NCBI GenBank assembly: GCA_964230945.1
Contig: CAXRJJ010000049.1
Span: 1 to 58,678 of the forward strand
Reading direction: 5' to 3'
Length of the DNA: 58,678 nt
Origin: Yoonia sp.
GTDB lineage: Archaea; Thermoplasmatota; Poseidoniia; Poseidoniales; Poseidoniaceae
Under the pieces are notes generated by a model. The model saw only the letters and a program-made list of their open reading frames with translations. It did no database searches and was not told the origin of the DNA. The position numbers and the translations under genes are program-made. Shown here one piece after another: positions 12,101 through 18,749 of the stretch (the first letter of the stretch is position 1; every line of letters starts with the position of its first letter).

Positions 12101-15100
12101 GCTCTTGACTTCGAGATTAAGGACAACACCATTTATGGATTGGCAAACGCAGCTGAGGCTGGAATCTATGTCAGGAATGGATATGGTGAAATCGATGGAA
12201 ACACCTTGGTTGACGCCGATGGTGGAATTCTAGTTGATGGAATCAAGTACGGATACGATGTATCGGTCACTGACAACACCATCTCTAGCAGCGCCGGCCG
12301 CACAGCAATCAGCGCGGTTGGAATCTGGGCAGAGGACTGTGGTTCATCCACCTTCACTACTGGTGGCAACACCATCACTGTGATGGGTAATGCAATTGTT
12401 GCTGATGGATGCGACATCGAGGATACAGGAAGCAATCTGATTGGAACTGGTGGAACCGGATCAATGGTTTACACAGTGAACATGATGGCTACCTACTTCT
12501 CTCCGCAGAACATAACAATCTCCGAAGGTGATTCTATCCGCTGGAGATTGAAGGAATATGCACCTGGTAGCAACTACCAGCACAGCTCAGTATCCAATGA
12601 TACCGCAAGTGGTGCTCCTCTGTGGGATTCGGGTCCATTGAACCTAGGTTCAACTTACACCCGTCAGTTCAACACTGCAGGAACCTACGACTACCATTGT
12701 GGTCAGCACCCATCCTCAATGTTCGGAACAATCACCGTACAGGCAGCAGGAACCGGTTCCAGTACTTACTACAGTACAGGATTCGATGTTGCTGGAGGTA
12801 ATGATGACATTGTACTGAATGGTACCTCGATTACAGGATTCACCACTGCTTACGAGCAGACTGGCGGAAGTCTGAGTCTGATAGGCGATGCTTTGTTGTC
12901 AGCCGATGATTACGGTGCAGACCTTGACAACGTGGATGTGTCCTCTAACGGAGCAAGCCTTGTGACAACTTCCGCAACCGGAGTAGGAATGTACTTCACC
13001 GGTGGAGGCAGTTTGAATCTAGTTGACCTATCGACTGATTCTGCCCGCGGTGTTCACATCAACGGTGAGACTGATGGCGAGTTCGACTGGAATGGTGGAA
13101 CCATCAGCAGCGGTACCGGACTGTATGCTGAAGACAAGGCAGTTGGAGATATCCAGAACATGACATGGAGCGATGCCGATGTGCAGATCCACGCAGGTGA
13201 TAACACTAAGATTACCAGCGTTGGAAACACCTTGGATCCAAGCAAGATGAGTGTATCTAGTACCGGAGAAGTCTATGAGGCCAATCTACTAGATTTGGGT
13301 GTGACACACACCAATTCACCAATCAGCAATGTCGGTCTATTGATTCAGTCTGAGGGTGGCTCTAACGTAGCCTACGTCAGCCCTGATATGAGGAGCGATG
13401 CAATCTCTGTTGCGACCGCTGGAGACAGTGGAGACCTCAGTGATTGGACTGGTAATGAGAAGAACCCAGCCGATGATGCACGACCTGGAGTAGTCTCCAG
13501 CGATGGCGCCGGTGAGGACTTCATGGTGACTTGGGATCAGACCAACCTGTACCTCGCACTGACTGGAGTCGACATGGGAGCAGGCGACCTACTGATCTTC
13601 ATCGATTCAGCAAGTCAGGGAAGCACTTCTGGTTGGGAGTGGGATGGAACTACACCTACCTTCAACCACGCTGCTGATTATGCGTTCTTCGCAGAGAATG
13701 GCGACGATTCACCAAACGATGGAGACACAACTTACACATGGGGATTGAGGAAGTATTCCGATCCTAACTGGGTAGCTGACTCCTGTCAGAACATGCAGGC
13801 TTTCATTGGATGGAGCGACAACACCAACACCGAGGTCAAGATTCCTTGGAGTTGTATCGGTTCCCCATCTGATGGCGACAAGGTTCGTTTGAGCGCTGTG
13901 GTCTTGGGAGAGAGCGATGGTAGCATCGCTAGTTCCCACCCAAGCACTGGGCACGTCAAGTTGACTCTTGGACAGACCAGTCTTTCCGATGGTATGTTGA
14001 ACGACAAGCGCCTCAACTACAGAGAGTTCATCGGTAGTACCACACCAAGTGCAGCTGACGAGTACACTGTCACTGTCAAGGTCGATGCACCTGATGGCTG
14101 TGAAGATGATTGGGGCGTTCTGGCTGACTTGGATATGTCCGCAAACCGTGATGAGTCCATTGACATCCTACGTGCTTGTCCAGTCATCTCTGGCATCACC
14201 GATGTCGAGTACGATGAAGATTCTGGAGCGCACACAATCTCCTTGACAGACAAGGCTGCTGATTTGCAGGATGCTGCGGTTGATCTAACCTGGACCTACG
14301 CTGACGATTATTCAACCAACGAGGCATCTCTACTGAGTGTCAGTCTGAGCGGCCATGAGTTGACAATAACTCCAGCAGACAACCAGTTCGGAACTTACCT
14401 CATCGATTTGACCGTTGAGGACAGCCACGGATTGACTGACAGTGAGACCTTCATGGTCACCGTCAACAACGTCAACGACAAGCCGATTATCTGTAATAGT
14501 GCACGCAGCGATTGTATGCTAGTGTTCTCGGATGACGGATTCGACAACCTCAACATGCTTGATGAAGGATGGGTTGAGCACAAGAAGACACTTGGTTCAA
14601 CAATCAGCTCACCATTCATTACTGACCAGTACAATGAGCAGAACCAGACCTTGGCTAACTCTGAGGATGTACCACAGATCTACACATGGGGCGCAACTGT
14701 CGACGAAGACTGTGTTGCTTTCACTGTAGAGGTTCTACTGAACGAGTTGTGGATCAACGAGAACATGCAGAATGAGTTGGGTGGCGTATGTACCATCACA
14801 ATGACTCTGTCCGACGGAGCATCAGTTAACGATGCTGCGGATGCAGTTGATGTCACCTTCACCATCAACCCTGTTAACGATGTACCAGTGATTCCAGATT
14901 ACGATGTATCTGGAGACAGCCACATCACCGATGGAACTGGTGCGTCGATTGCAACACCATGGTCTGTGACCGTGTTGGAAGACACTGGTTGTGAAGATGG
15001 AGTTTGTGTGAACACAGATGAGTTGACTTTCAACCTCGTTAACATGAAGGAAGACAACGACCACAATGATGAGGATCTGTCCTGGACATGGGAAGAGATT

Positions 15101-16651
15101 AGCAGCAGTTGTGATGTTGACAAGTACTTCGAGTCAATCGAGATTGTAGGAGACAACATCAAGTTCACCCTGATTCAGGATGCAACAACCAACGCTCCTC
15201 CAGAAGAGAAGGACTACTTGGACGACAATGGTATCCACCAGGAGCCACCGCCAAGCATGGATGAATTCTGTGCAATCAAGTTGACACTAAGCGATACTGC
15301 AACTGCACCTTCGTACATCCCTAACTACGGTCTGGCCTCGGCTAGCTACAAGCAGGAGAGCACTGAGAAGTTGTTCAAGATCCGTGTTGATAACACACCA
15401 GAGTTGGTCGCTGACTACCTCTTTGATGTCGACGAGGGAATTGACTTCAACAGTGTACAGTTCATCATGCCTGGTACTCACGTACCAGTCGATGTCACCA
15501 TCAAGCACGAGGGTGATGAGGGACCATACAAGTACGATCAGTTGCTGAAGGTATCTTTCCTAAGTGATGGTGCAGATGGATTGACTGTCAGGGACACCTA
15601 CTACGTCGTGCCACCAGCATATGGCAAGTCGGAGGAGTTCACCAGCAAGGTTCTGATTGAAGAGACAACCACCCGTGTTGGTGCACGTGTCGATGTCATG
15701 ACCTGCAGGGCAGAAGCCTGTCCAAGCCCATCGGCTGCAACACCAAGCGACTTCATCAGCAATGTTCCGCCAGCGCATCAGGCTGAGGCAACGCTGTCGC
15801 CATGGAGTTCACCAGGAACTGTTGGATACTCATCTGCACAGGATGTTTACTCCCAGCGTAGACCTGCCCTAGAAGACAAGGATTGGTTGAACAACGTCAT
15901 GTTCACTTCGACCATCGATTCGGACCCAGAGGGTATCCTTGACTCCGGACAGGAACTACCTGTAATGGTAGACACCATCTCACCAGCGTCTGTGCCATCG
16001 TTTGCACCAGGCTTCGCAGCCATCAGCGCTGCTGGTCTATTCGTCGCTGGATTGATGTTGGCAAGCAGCCGCCGCCGCATGGATGAGGAGGAGCTAGAGG
16101 CTCTATCCATGGTTGATGACGAACAGGCTGTCAGCCCAGTTATCGCTACCATCCTTATGGTTGCAATCACTGTGGTTCTGTCTGGTGTTGTCTACGTGTG
16201 GGCAAGCGATTTGGCAGATCAGCCAAGCAAGTCGGTTCCAAGAATCGGTTTCAAGGTTGAGAAGGTCGATCCAGGCCAGAACGGCTACTGGTCCATCCAG
16301 GTAATCAGCGCTAAGGAGCCAATTGCAACACAGGCAACTGTTGTTCAGTTGGAGTGGGTAAATGCTTCAGGCAGTCAGATTGAGTCATACAGATTGGACA
16401 ACACTGAGGGTGTGTACGGATTCGCTCCGGTCAATTCGGAAAGTTTCGTCACCTTCTCAGACAGTATCGTCTGTGATTCTGCTACTGAGTGTACATCCAC
16501 TTTCGGAGACGGTGATGCAATCCACATCAGTATGACTGATAGCAGTGGAGAGTTGCTAACCGAAGGTGTTCGTGTCACTCTGAAGTACGTGCCAGTTGGA
16601 TTGGGTACTGCAAGTGTGTTGAAGACTTGGAACCTCGAGATTGGAAGCTGA
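3122..16651 (+). CDS. Giant (about 4,500 aa) secreted mosaic surface/adhesin-like protein. Contains Tyr-rich regions, right-handed beta-helix (PbH1-like) repeats, a cupredoxin domain, cadherin-like VNDxP repeats, a PGF-CTERM-like segment and a pilin-like tail.
   Basis: A single uninterrupted frame runs 3011-16651. The preferred start is ATG 3122 (MKKTTIWGGLFSALFLCALMALMPFSSVVAPASE, a signal-peptide-like N-terminus); ATG 3011 and 3107 are alternatives. Beta-helix repeats lie at about 7080-9500 and 11685-12445 (NTIxxN...GIxV). Cadherin-like modules end in VTVNNVNDKPI and FTINPVNDVPV (about 14130-14890). Confidence 0.9.
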   Translation: MKKTTIWGGLFSALFLCALMALMPFSSVVAPASETDYTNESETAEEKADPFFLPEQIEPVNWEYGLENELEGMRTWNQKAFVHDGEIKLLTGSEPIHYADNGVWKDIDVNIKANANGWEVTENAFETYFPADVGAGVTIQLDPNVDPLVTGIAPQVVTMDESGVNPMVHRAAPSHDAISVGGNVIRYPVAQDFDLDYEVTSTGVKQDLIIRSQPVVEEIDYWFGLREIMRLPVGYALFIGDEMVEHEILTTQEPMSIRSLETGSQLGEIPPPVVIEPGAEAPYIATFFVSVENGLISITTAVETSWLMDENRTFPLSLDPSIKQTSNAGGYCYVYYGYCYSSSYRYMYRYYNSHYYMPWSKYQFSSNNQLPSGATASTVKWKQYMQYSYAWGSNSHTVAIMKQCGTDVRYNYQITTASCTSTSMGSSDLGTGYGNTKARKMISSQWNSPSVGTLGLGTGWKSATLSTSGTSDVVSALTSNGVIGMTYRNTNSNYYYTYSNHGGTNNGYLEISYTGGSDTTPPTSEFVPYEATSYKEGARTFFTTLKDGASIDTTSSGKPHLYYSINGGSYTSVAATSIGTCTSSATECRFKASTASISAGDSVDYYWAYQDLAQTAGMNPNGNNFATDPAGGTGSPSSASAPSTPYNFEVEDVVNAGNAKKFVVLTTDVYAGSNWNPSKFFDRQMTYYDDNDEFVFEFDTSNCGTGYSNSCFYASTSSTNFYSNWVTQWTTSPSSGYNGFGGTRSGKSFQHKDLGGYLTISAQNGPSMNLIYHYDSSSNDWGLVGLDTSTGIEDKLTGGTTKNHRSTYGYTKAWNIKLDDISGTVGKFDFNGTYSSSKSNWMCVGTNGFYYFFRSTSSNPGCSSGYYYIYSNSYRWTGFALNAGYYGRMASTGDMSYKVSKVAPEPDLSKPNVIHNVMKDSHSTKRTFAFKITDAGEPPSGLNTSSAAGVGPTLYYTITDADGTVGSQQSKVLSPDDTRSNCVLNACTWTATLSDLERESSISYYLKTQDLSTVASGPNVNQTSANTFEVAWPKKVFIVEWHDIGFNDQYTCNVQARLYDTTNEIEFHYDPDCEVYYDYATVGYQDQTRNKGATLRDDLGYMGNTAKGVGGNPHDVNYRIFTDSSSHGSEEFDTGGFTELTNYKTAITGTSNGRPYLYYCSSSYYWNTYKANCDANIDMPDDFTFEYFGTTYNGTVSTNKVMLSRFAGMYFKQTSSTAPERAMTTWYSNMPELPYKSNSAARPGLIAPWWGGYSAYYCYDTTNVDCSVRYRTMPFEGRGTDIDADITQDTSWDLIDSPIRINPSGDYLAINANLNIEEGVVIQVAQGKGISFDGSCDRMTLQGNSGTNSSTGDSNGILFEGQYGQTWKGISFTGSCSTAAGTDDRHVFNYTTFANTTDYAISAGSRHGNSPSSNSNVGNFTMRHVAFNNVGGAISHGSGQGTAFAISNFEVSDASDSCFSFPAGSDVSLTEGEMDGCNSGNDASGGAVTSDSGSGGSLFMENVTITDAQKNVVNTELSDVTIRNVSASWSGTTNGDYDIRHTGAGHLELTNFDSDDYPNFESNAMTFALDDVDVESSISLYPGGSSSTANGPSGLDASLSDVSANGLNVARSAISGSDIDLNGGDLSISGNSPSADQQSITDLEAGGIGISGCGFNIALTNVDLSDTSDTAYISSSCSSSSAPNTLVVNDGSIATGTSSNNIVYARNSKITLGDTDITGQTSFGNSVAKSSTNGVITLIDVTWQGNDCTDTDGSWAGASVCWVAISSSSGQINFGGSGTAVTFKEKAGARTNKGGIAVSTYALNAAGTAATYYLGTQTTDGNGEAEVWIVTNELSGSSLTSQALSGTYFDASGPAGINSTLNATFGIGDTMYLRLSQPPIVLSDSGMDCAYLAANDSIKDKDEAPDGQPAGTFVLDDGSIQILADLHIDGCAIKLVESSKFIVSGDATSSPVLTISNGGSLILESGSELRAGVAAYPVHLDIGNGGTLSLDASTIKQIRQDSSAGGAIIVGKGATLEMINGSIAYGDSASSKDMATIMVDGGTFAADDASVINNGGTGTGVWFQRTTTVVTDLTVSGAARGIMSKNAAPSVTGFTLTNNDVGVEFYGGMSLPSIYRSTLLSGEATGWTTHAIDLSGQVDSGKQYLQVGFNSIFGGGNAHPRYTYYTSKYYMLYDRMRYEITLDDGTQFNYSYDQAGKDSAGYWSDSSSDNSDYSGWGRYDCNYYGYSRNPAYSAYNYMYYLARYASHYGSNGYYDYPDNFGFRWEDGGDISSGTMYYPYHYWGYYYNNYHAMYSSTYAPPEGFNGLWGNYNICIDYAYNNAYYITPGKGARMAMPIIDLQNTGTNSGTSGNIDTVTLYVDVLHNRADYYQDRFDILARTSDDHNVMGDWMRESGTPSFSDGTITGADVGIEISGSAAAGDVEDVTVNSPTTSGVEVTGSSAISFDGLTVNGGENGVKVTYTGRGKVHLNNIALNNQNNAGILFQKDVSGDLSGTITGSAGPAIEYGWLTNTDRSFENLDLSGNAIGIETAGSGAIELFDSDFANTVDFKITGSSSVDFVDGTVDESTVSVSGAGIFKRARSLEVTVNADSNPIGEGTDVYLLDSSYKMTGSGETDSSGVAQGLRYYTALVDKVGLTNPSLSGYKLGTVAKVGTYSGTTGDFRYYYDSVTLDANAASSESVDLVERFDARVCYSFSSTSYTMLAQCATSTYLSTSGQRTLSCGTGCTMKEYGYYGGVVSDMSNMNIMVDVPFMYIDGGSNNKNEWNNSVVIITGSYSFYGGSAWRATYPYNAKLYVDGSDFIAMNGMQDNGQPNGYQLGYYSWSDVNPWYKNSNFIGVSTIAAANENGNWMPDHFVVVNNTIVSNTAVVPGITALTNDQYCVHNGGVNDAEITDNKFYDCAVSVRAWRGNTWGISSSNWGADDMLIEDNEFNGGVIDVWFALSSYTDDTILRGNTHTGPGISSYAVYAQDQRTTGTLIEGNTIDNSEEPIYLRGALDFEIKDNTIYGLANAAEAGIYVRNGYGEIDGNTLVDADGGILVDGIKYGYDVSVTDNTISSSAGRTAISAVGIWAEDCGSSTFTTGGNTITVMGNAIVADGCDIEDTGSNLIGTGGTGSMVYTVNMMATYFSPQNITISEGDSIRWRLKEYAPGSNYQHSSVSNDTASGAPLWDSGPLNLGSTYTRQFNTAGTYDYHCGQHPSSMFGTITVQAAGTGSSTYYSTGFDVAGGNDDIVLNGTSITGFTTAYEQTGGSLSLIGDALLSADDYGADLDNVDVSSNGASLVTTSATGVGMYFTGGGSLNLVDLSTDSARGVHINGETDGEFDWNGGTISSGTGLYAEDKAVGDIQNMTWSDADVQIHAGDNTKITSVGNTLDPSKMSVSSTGEVYEANLLDLGVTHTNSPISNVGLLIQSEGGSNVAYVSPDMRSDAISVATAGDSGDLSDWTGNEKNPADDARPGVVSSDGAGEDFMVTWDQTNLYLALTGVDMGAGDLLIFIDSASQGSTSGWEWDGTTPTFNHAADYAFFAENGDDSPNDGDTTYTWGLRKYSDPNWVADSCQNMQAFIGWSDNTNTEVKIPWSCIGSPSDGDKVRLSAVVLGESDGSIASSHPSTGHVKLTLGQTSLSDGMLNDKRLNYREFIGSTTPSAADEYTVTVKVDAPDGCEDDWGVLADLDMSANRDESIDILRACPVISGITDVEYDEDSGAHTISLTDKAADLQDAAVDLTWTYADDYSTNEASLLSVSLSGHELTITPADNQFGTYLIDLTVEDSHGLTDSETFMVTVNNVNDKPIICNSARSDCMLVFSDDGFDNLNMLDEGWVEHKKTLGSTISSPFITDQYNEQNQTLANSEDVPQIYTWGATVDEDCVAFTVEVLLNELWINENMQNELGGVCTITMTLSDGASVNDAADAVDVTFTINPVNDVPVIPDYDVSGDSHITDGTGASIATPWSVTVLEDTGCEDGVCVNTDELTFNLVNMKEDNDHNDEDLSWTWEEISSSCDVDKYFESIEIVGDNIKFTLIQDATTNAPPEEKDYLDDNGIHQEPPPSMDEFCAIKLTLSDTATAPSYIPNYGLASASYKQESTEKLFKIRVDNTPELVADYLFDVDEGIDFNSVQFIMPGTHVPVDVTIKHEGDEGPYKYDQLLKVSFLSDGADGLTVRDTYYVVPPAYGKSEEFTSKVLIEETTTRVGARVDVMTCRAEACPSPSAATPSDFISNVPPAHQAEATLSPWSSPGTVGYSSAQDVYSQRRPALEDKDWLNNVMFTSTIDSDPEGILDSGQELPVMVDTISPASVPSFAPGFAAISAAGLFVAGLMLASSRRRMDEEELEALSMVDDEQAVSPVIATILMVAITVVLSGVVYVWASDLADQPSKSVPRIGFKVEKVDPGQNGYWSIQVISAKEPIATQATVVQLEWVNASGSQIESYRLDNTEGVYGFAPVNSESFVTFSDSIVCDSATECTSTFGDGDAIHISMTDSSGELLTEGVRVTLKYVPVGLGTASVLKTWNLEIGS
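12464..12742 (+). other. Embedded cupredoxin (type-1 blue-copper) domain within the giant ORF
   Basis: The segment reads MVYTVNMMATYFSPQNITISEGDSIRWRL...YQHSSV...GTYDYHCGQHPSSMFGTITVQ. Candidate ligands are His (12581-12583), Cys (12698-12700), His (12707-12709) and Met (12719-12721), in the pattern H...C-x2-H-x3-M. The flanking Y-x-Y-x-C and M-x-G-x-I-x-V are typical of plastocyanin/amicyanin/halocyanin. Confidence 0.7.
16007..16078 (+). other. PGF-CTERM-like archaeosortase sorting signal, located internally
   Basis: The sequence is PGF-AAISAAGLFVAGLMLASS-RRR, preceded by a Ser/Pro linker (SPASVPSFA). It has the tripartite layout of a PGF-CTERM: PGF, a hydrophobic helix and an Arg cluster. 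The next codon is ATG, not a stop. Confidence 0.6.
16109..16651 (+). other. Archaeal type-IV-pilin-like (Pilin_N/DUF1628-type) module, in-frame with the giant ORF; possibly an independent CDS
   Basis: M-VDDEQ-AVSPVIATILMVAITVVLSGVVYVWA matches the class III signal peptide plus hydrophobic helix hallmark of this family (xSPVIGxILMVAITVxLA). The module is about 180 aa, the size of stand-alone family members. Alternative start ATG 16079. AGAGG lies 9 nt upstream of ATG 16109. Confidence 0.6.
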
Positions 16652-16682
16652 TTCAAAGCAATAACAGGAGAAACAGGTCCTC

Positions 16683-16701
16683 CCCCCTGCAATGCAGGGG
16701 G
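16683..16701. terminator. GC-rich hairpin CCCCCTGC-AAT-GCAGGGGG, 32 nt after the giant ORF stop. A second hairpin, CCTAGG-CTTGT-CCTAGG, lies at 16720-16736.
   Basis: Complementarity was read directly. The position between two co-directional genes suggests a terminator or RNA-processing element. Confidence 0.4.
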
Positions 16702-16741
16702 TGGACCACTCTCGATTAGCCTAGGCTTGTCCTAGGATTGC

Positions 16742-17446
16742 TTGTATCCATTGGTAGGTGATGTGTTGACCAGTGTTCGTTGTGTTGCCTTTGATTGTGA
16801 CGGCGTCCTTGCGGATGCAGTATCATCTTGGCGTACACTACACGATCATTTTGGCACTGATACCGGAGAGATGTTGGCCAAGTTCATCGCTAGAGAAATC
16901 AATGATGAAGAGTTCATGCGCTATGACATCGCTCTGTGGAAATCTGTTCAAGAAGAGATTCATCGGGACGAACTATTCAGGGCATACTCTGGACTCAAAT
17001 TGATACCAGGTGCTCGTGAAGTAGTTCAGGCTCTGAAGGAAAGAGGCATCTTGGTGGTTATCATCAGTGCTGGTGTAGACTTGTTCGTTTCGTCAATCGC
17101 TGCAATGCTCAAAGTCGATGATTGGATAGCTAATGGCTTCAAGTTTGACGAGGATGGGCTGTTGCTCGACGAGGGTATCATGCGTGTCAGCGCACACGAC
17201 AAAGCTAGTGCAATTGATAGGCTCCTAGAGATGCATGACTTGACCCCGGAACAATTGGTCAGCGTCGGCGACAGTGAGGTGGATCTATCTATGCAAGTAG
17301 AAGGTTCAACATTCATCGGATTCAATCCTAGCCGTGAATCGTCCCATTCTGCTTTTGCAAATGCAGGGGTTCCTGTTGTGGAGAGCCGCGACTTGAGAGA
17401 TATTTGGAACCACTTATTTGGTGAGGATTTCCACCCAAAGGACTGA
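16742..17446 (+). CDS. HAD-superfamily hydrolase, phosphoserine-phosphatase-like (subfamily IB)
   Basis: Motif I is AFDCDGVLAD, motif II IISAG, and motif IV GDSEVD. There is no ATG before motif I; the start is TTG 16742 or GTG 16763. Confidence 0.7.
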   Translation: MYPLVGDVLTSVRCVAFDCDGVLADAVSSWRTLHDHFGTDTGEMLAKFIAREINDEEFMRYDIALWKSVQEEIHRDELFRAYSGLKLIPGAREVVQALKERGILVVIISAGVDLFVSSIAAMLKVDDWIANGFKFDEDGLLLDEGIMRVSAHDKASAIDRLLEMHDLTPEQLVSVGDSEVDLSMQVEGSTFIGFNPSRESSHSAFANAGVPVVESRDLRDIWNHLFGEDFHPKD

Positions 17447-17453
17447 AGCAATC

Positions 17454-18749
17454 GTGCAGTTTCGGTTGTTTGTGGCCAACCGTAGGGCAGTCTCCTTGTT
17501 CTTGGTATCCTTGCTGTTCCTCAGCAGTGGTTGTCTAGGGAATAATGCCGAACCAGGTTCTACAGATTCCGATGTTGGTTCCAAGATTGAATTAGTCATA
17601 TGGTCAACTTATGAAGTCGATTCAAAGGAAGAAGAAGGGTTTCTTGATTCCTTAGAAATATGGAAAGATGCAAATCCAGAGGTAGAGGTGGTGGTAGAAC
17701 CCAAGCCTTTCTTACAGGCAGTAAATGCCTACAAGGTAGCGGCATTGGGAGGCGAAGCACCAGATTTGATGAGGTTCTCGAATGATCAATTGGGAAGTAT
17801 AGGACCAATCAGAGACCGTGGTAGTCCACTCTTAGAGGATCTTAGGCCTTGGTTGACACCAATACAGAGAGAAGTTTGGGACCCTGTGGCTCTGCAATCG
17901 ATGCGACATGGAGAGGAATTGCTTGCTCTACCTGTGTCTCAGGATTGTGTCACTTTGTTTTACAACAAAGCATTGTTCGATGAGGAAGGACTTGCATATC
18001 CTGATGAGTATTGGACCACTGATGATTTGCTCAATGCCGCTCAACAACTGACATTTGGCGAACAGGTTGGCCTTTCTGTTCCCATCAAAGACCCCTATCG
18101 CTGGTTTGCTTTGAATAGTGGATACGGCGGCCAATTATTCGATTCAGAGGGTAACCCTAGTTTGGATTCCAATGGCTCGTCTGAAGCCTTAGAATTCTGG
18201 TTAGATCTTGAACTTGAACATGAAATCGTTCCTACTGGAACCAATATTGAGACTATGAAGAATCACTTCATTGAAGGCAGGGCTGCAATGATCATCGATG
18301 GCCCTTGGCAATGGCCAACCTATGAGAAGGCAAAGATGGATTTGGGGCAGTCACTATTACCGATAGTTTCTGAAACAGGATTACGAATGTCACCGATGGT
18401 TGGTTTCAAGGGTTGGTCGGTTTCTAAGCAAAGCCAACACAAAGAGGCGTCAGTGAGTCTTGCTCTATTCCTTTCTAGTGAAATAGTACAGAAAGAGGCT
18501 GCAGAGGATACTCGTACCATGCCGGTCTCAGAATCATTGTACGATGATGCAGAGTTGCTGGAAGATACGGTATTAGCGGGATTTATCGAGCAGGCAAAGT
18601 ATGGTTTTCCTGCACCAACCAGTAGGGCCATGACCAAGATATACTCGCATCTTCCTACAGCAATCGAAAATGCCTATCTTGAAACAAAGACTCCTGCACA
18701 GGCTTTGAGTGACGCGAATACAGCATTGATTGAGGAGTTGGAGTCATGA
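17454..18749 (+). CDS. ABC transporter substrate-binding protein (MalE-like sugar-binding family 1), lipoprotein-type
   Basis: A lipobox-like LLFLSSGC follows a basic N-terminus. The body is family-1 SBP-like (APDLMRFSNDQLG..., GPWQWPTY). The start was re-picked to GTG 17454, just after the upstream stop; the track start TTG 17418 overlaps the HAD gene. Confidence 0.8.
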   Translation: MQFRLFVANRRAVSLFLVSLLFLSSGCLGNNAEPGSTDSDVGSKIELVIWSTYEVDSKEEEGFLDSLEIWKDANPEVEVVVEPKPFLQAVNAYKVAALGGEAPDLMRFSNDQLGSIGPIRDRGSPLLEDLRPWLTPIQREVWDPVALQSMRHGEELLALPVSQDCVTLFYNKALFDEEGLAYPDEYWTTDDLLNAAQQLTFGEQVGLSVPIKDPYRWFALNSGYGGQLFDSEGNPSLDSNGSSEALEFWLDLELEHEIVPTGTNIETMKNHFIEGRAAMIIDGPWQWPTYEKAKMDLGQSLLPIVSETGLRMSPMVGFKGWSVSKQSQHKEASVSLALFLSSEIVQKEAAEDTRTMPVSESLYDDAELLEDTVLAGFIEQAKYGFPAPTSRAMTKIYSHLPTAIENAYLETKTPAQALSDANTALIEELES

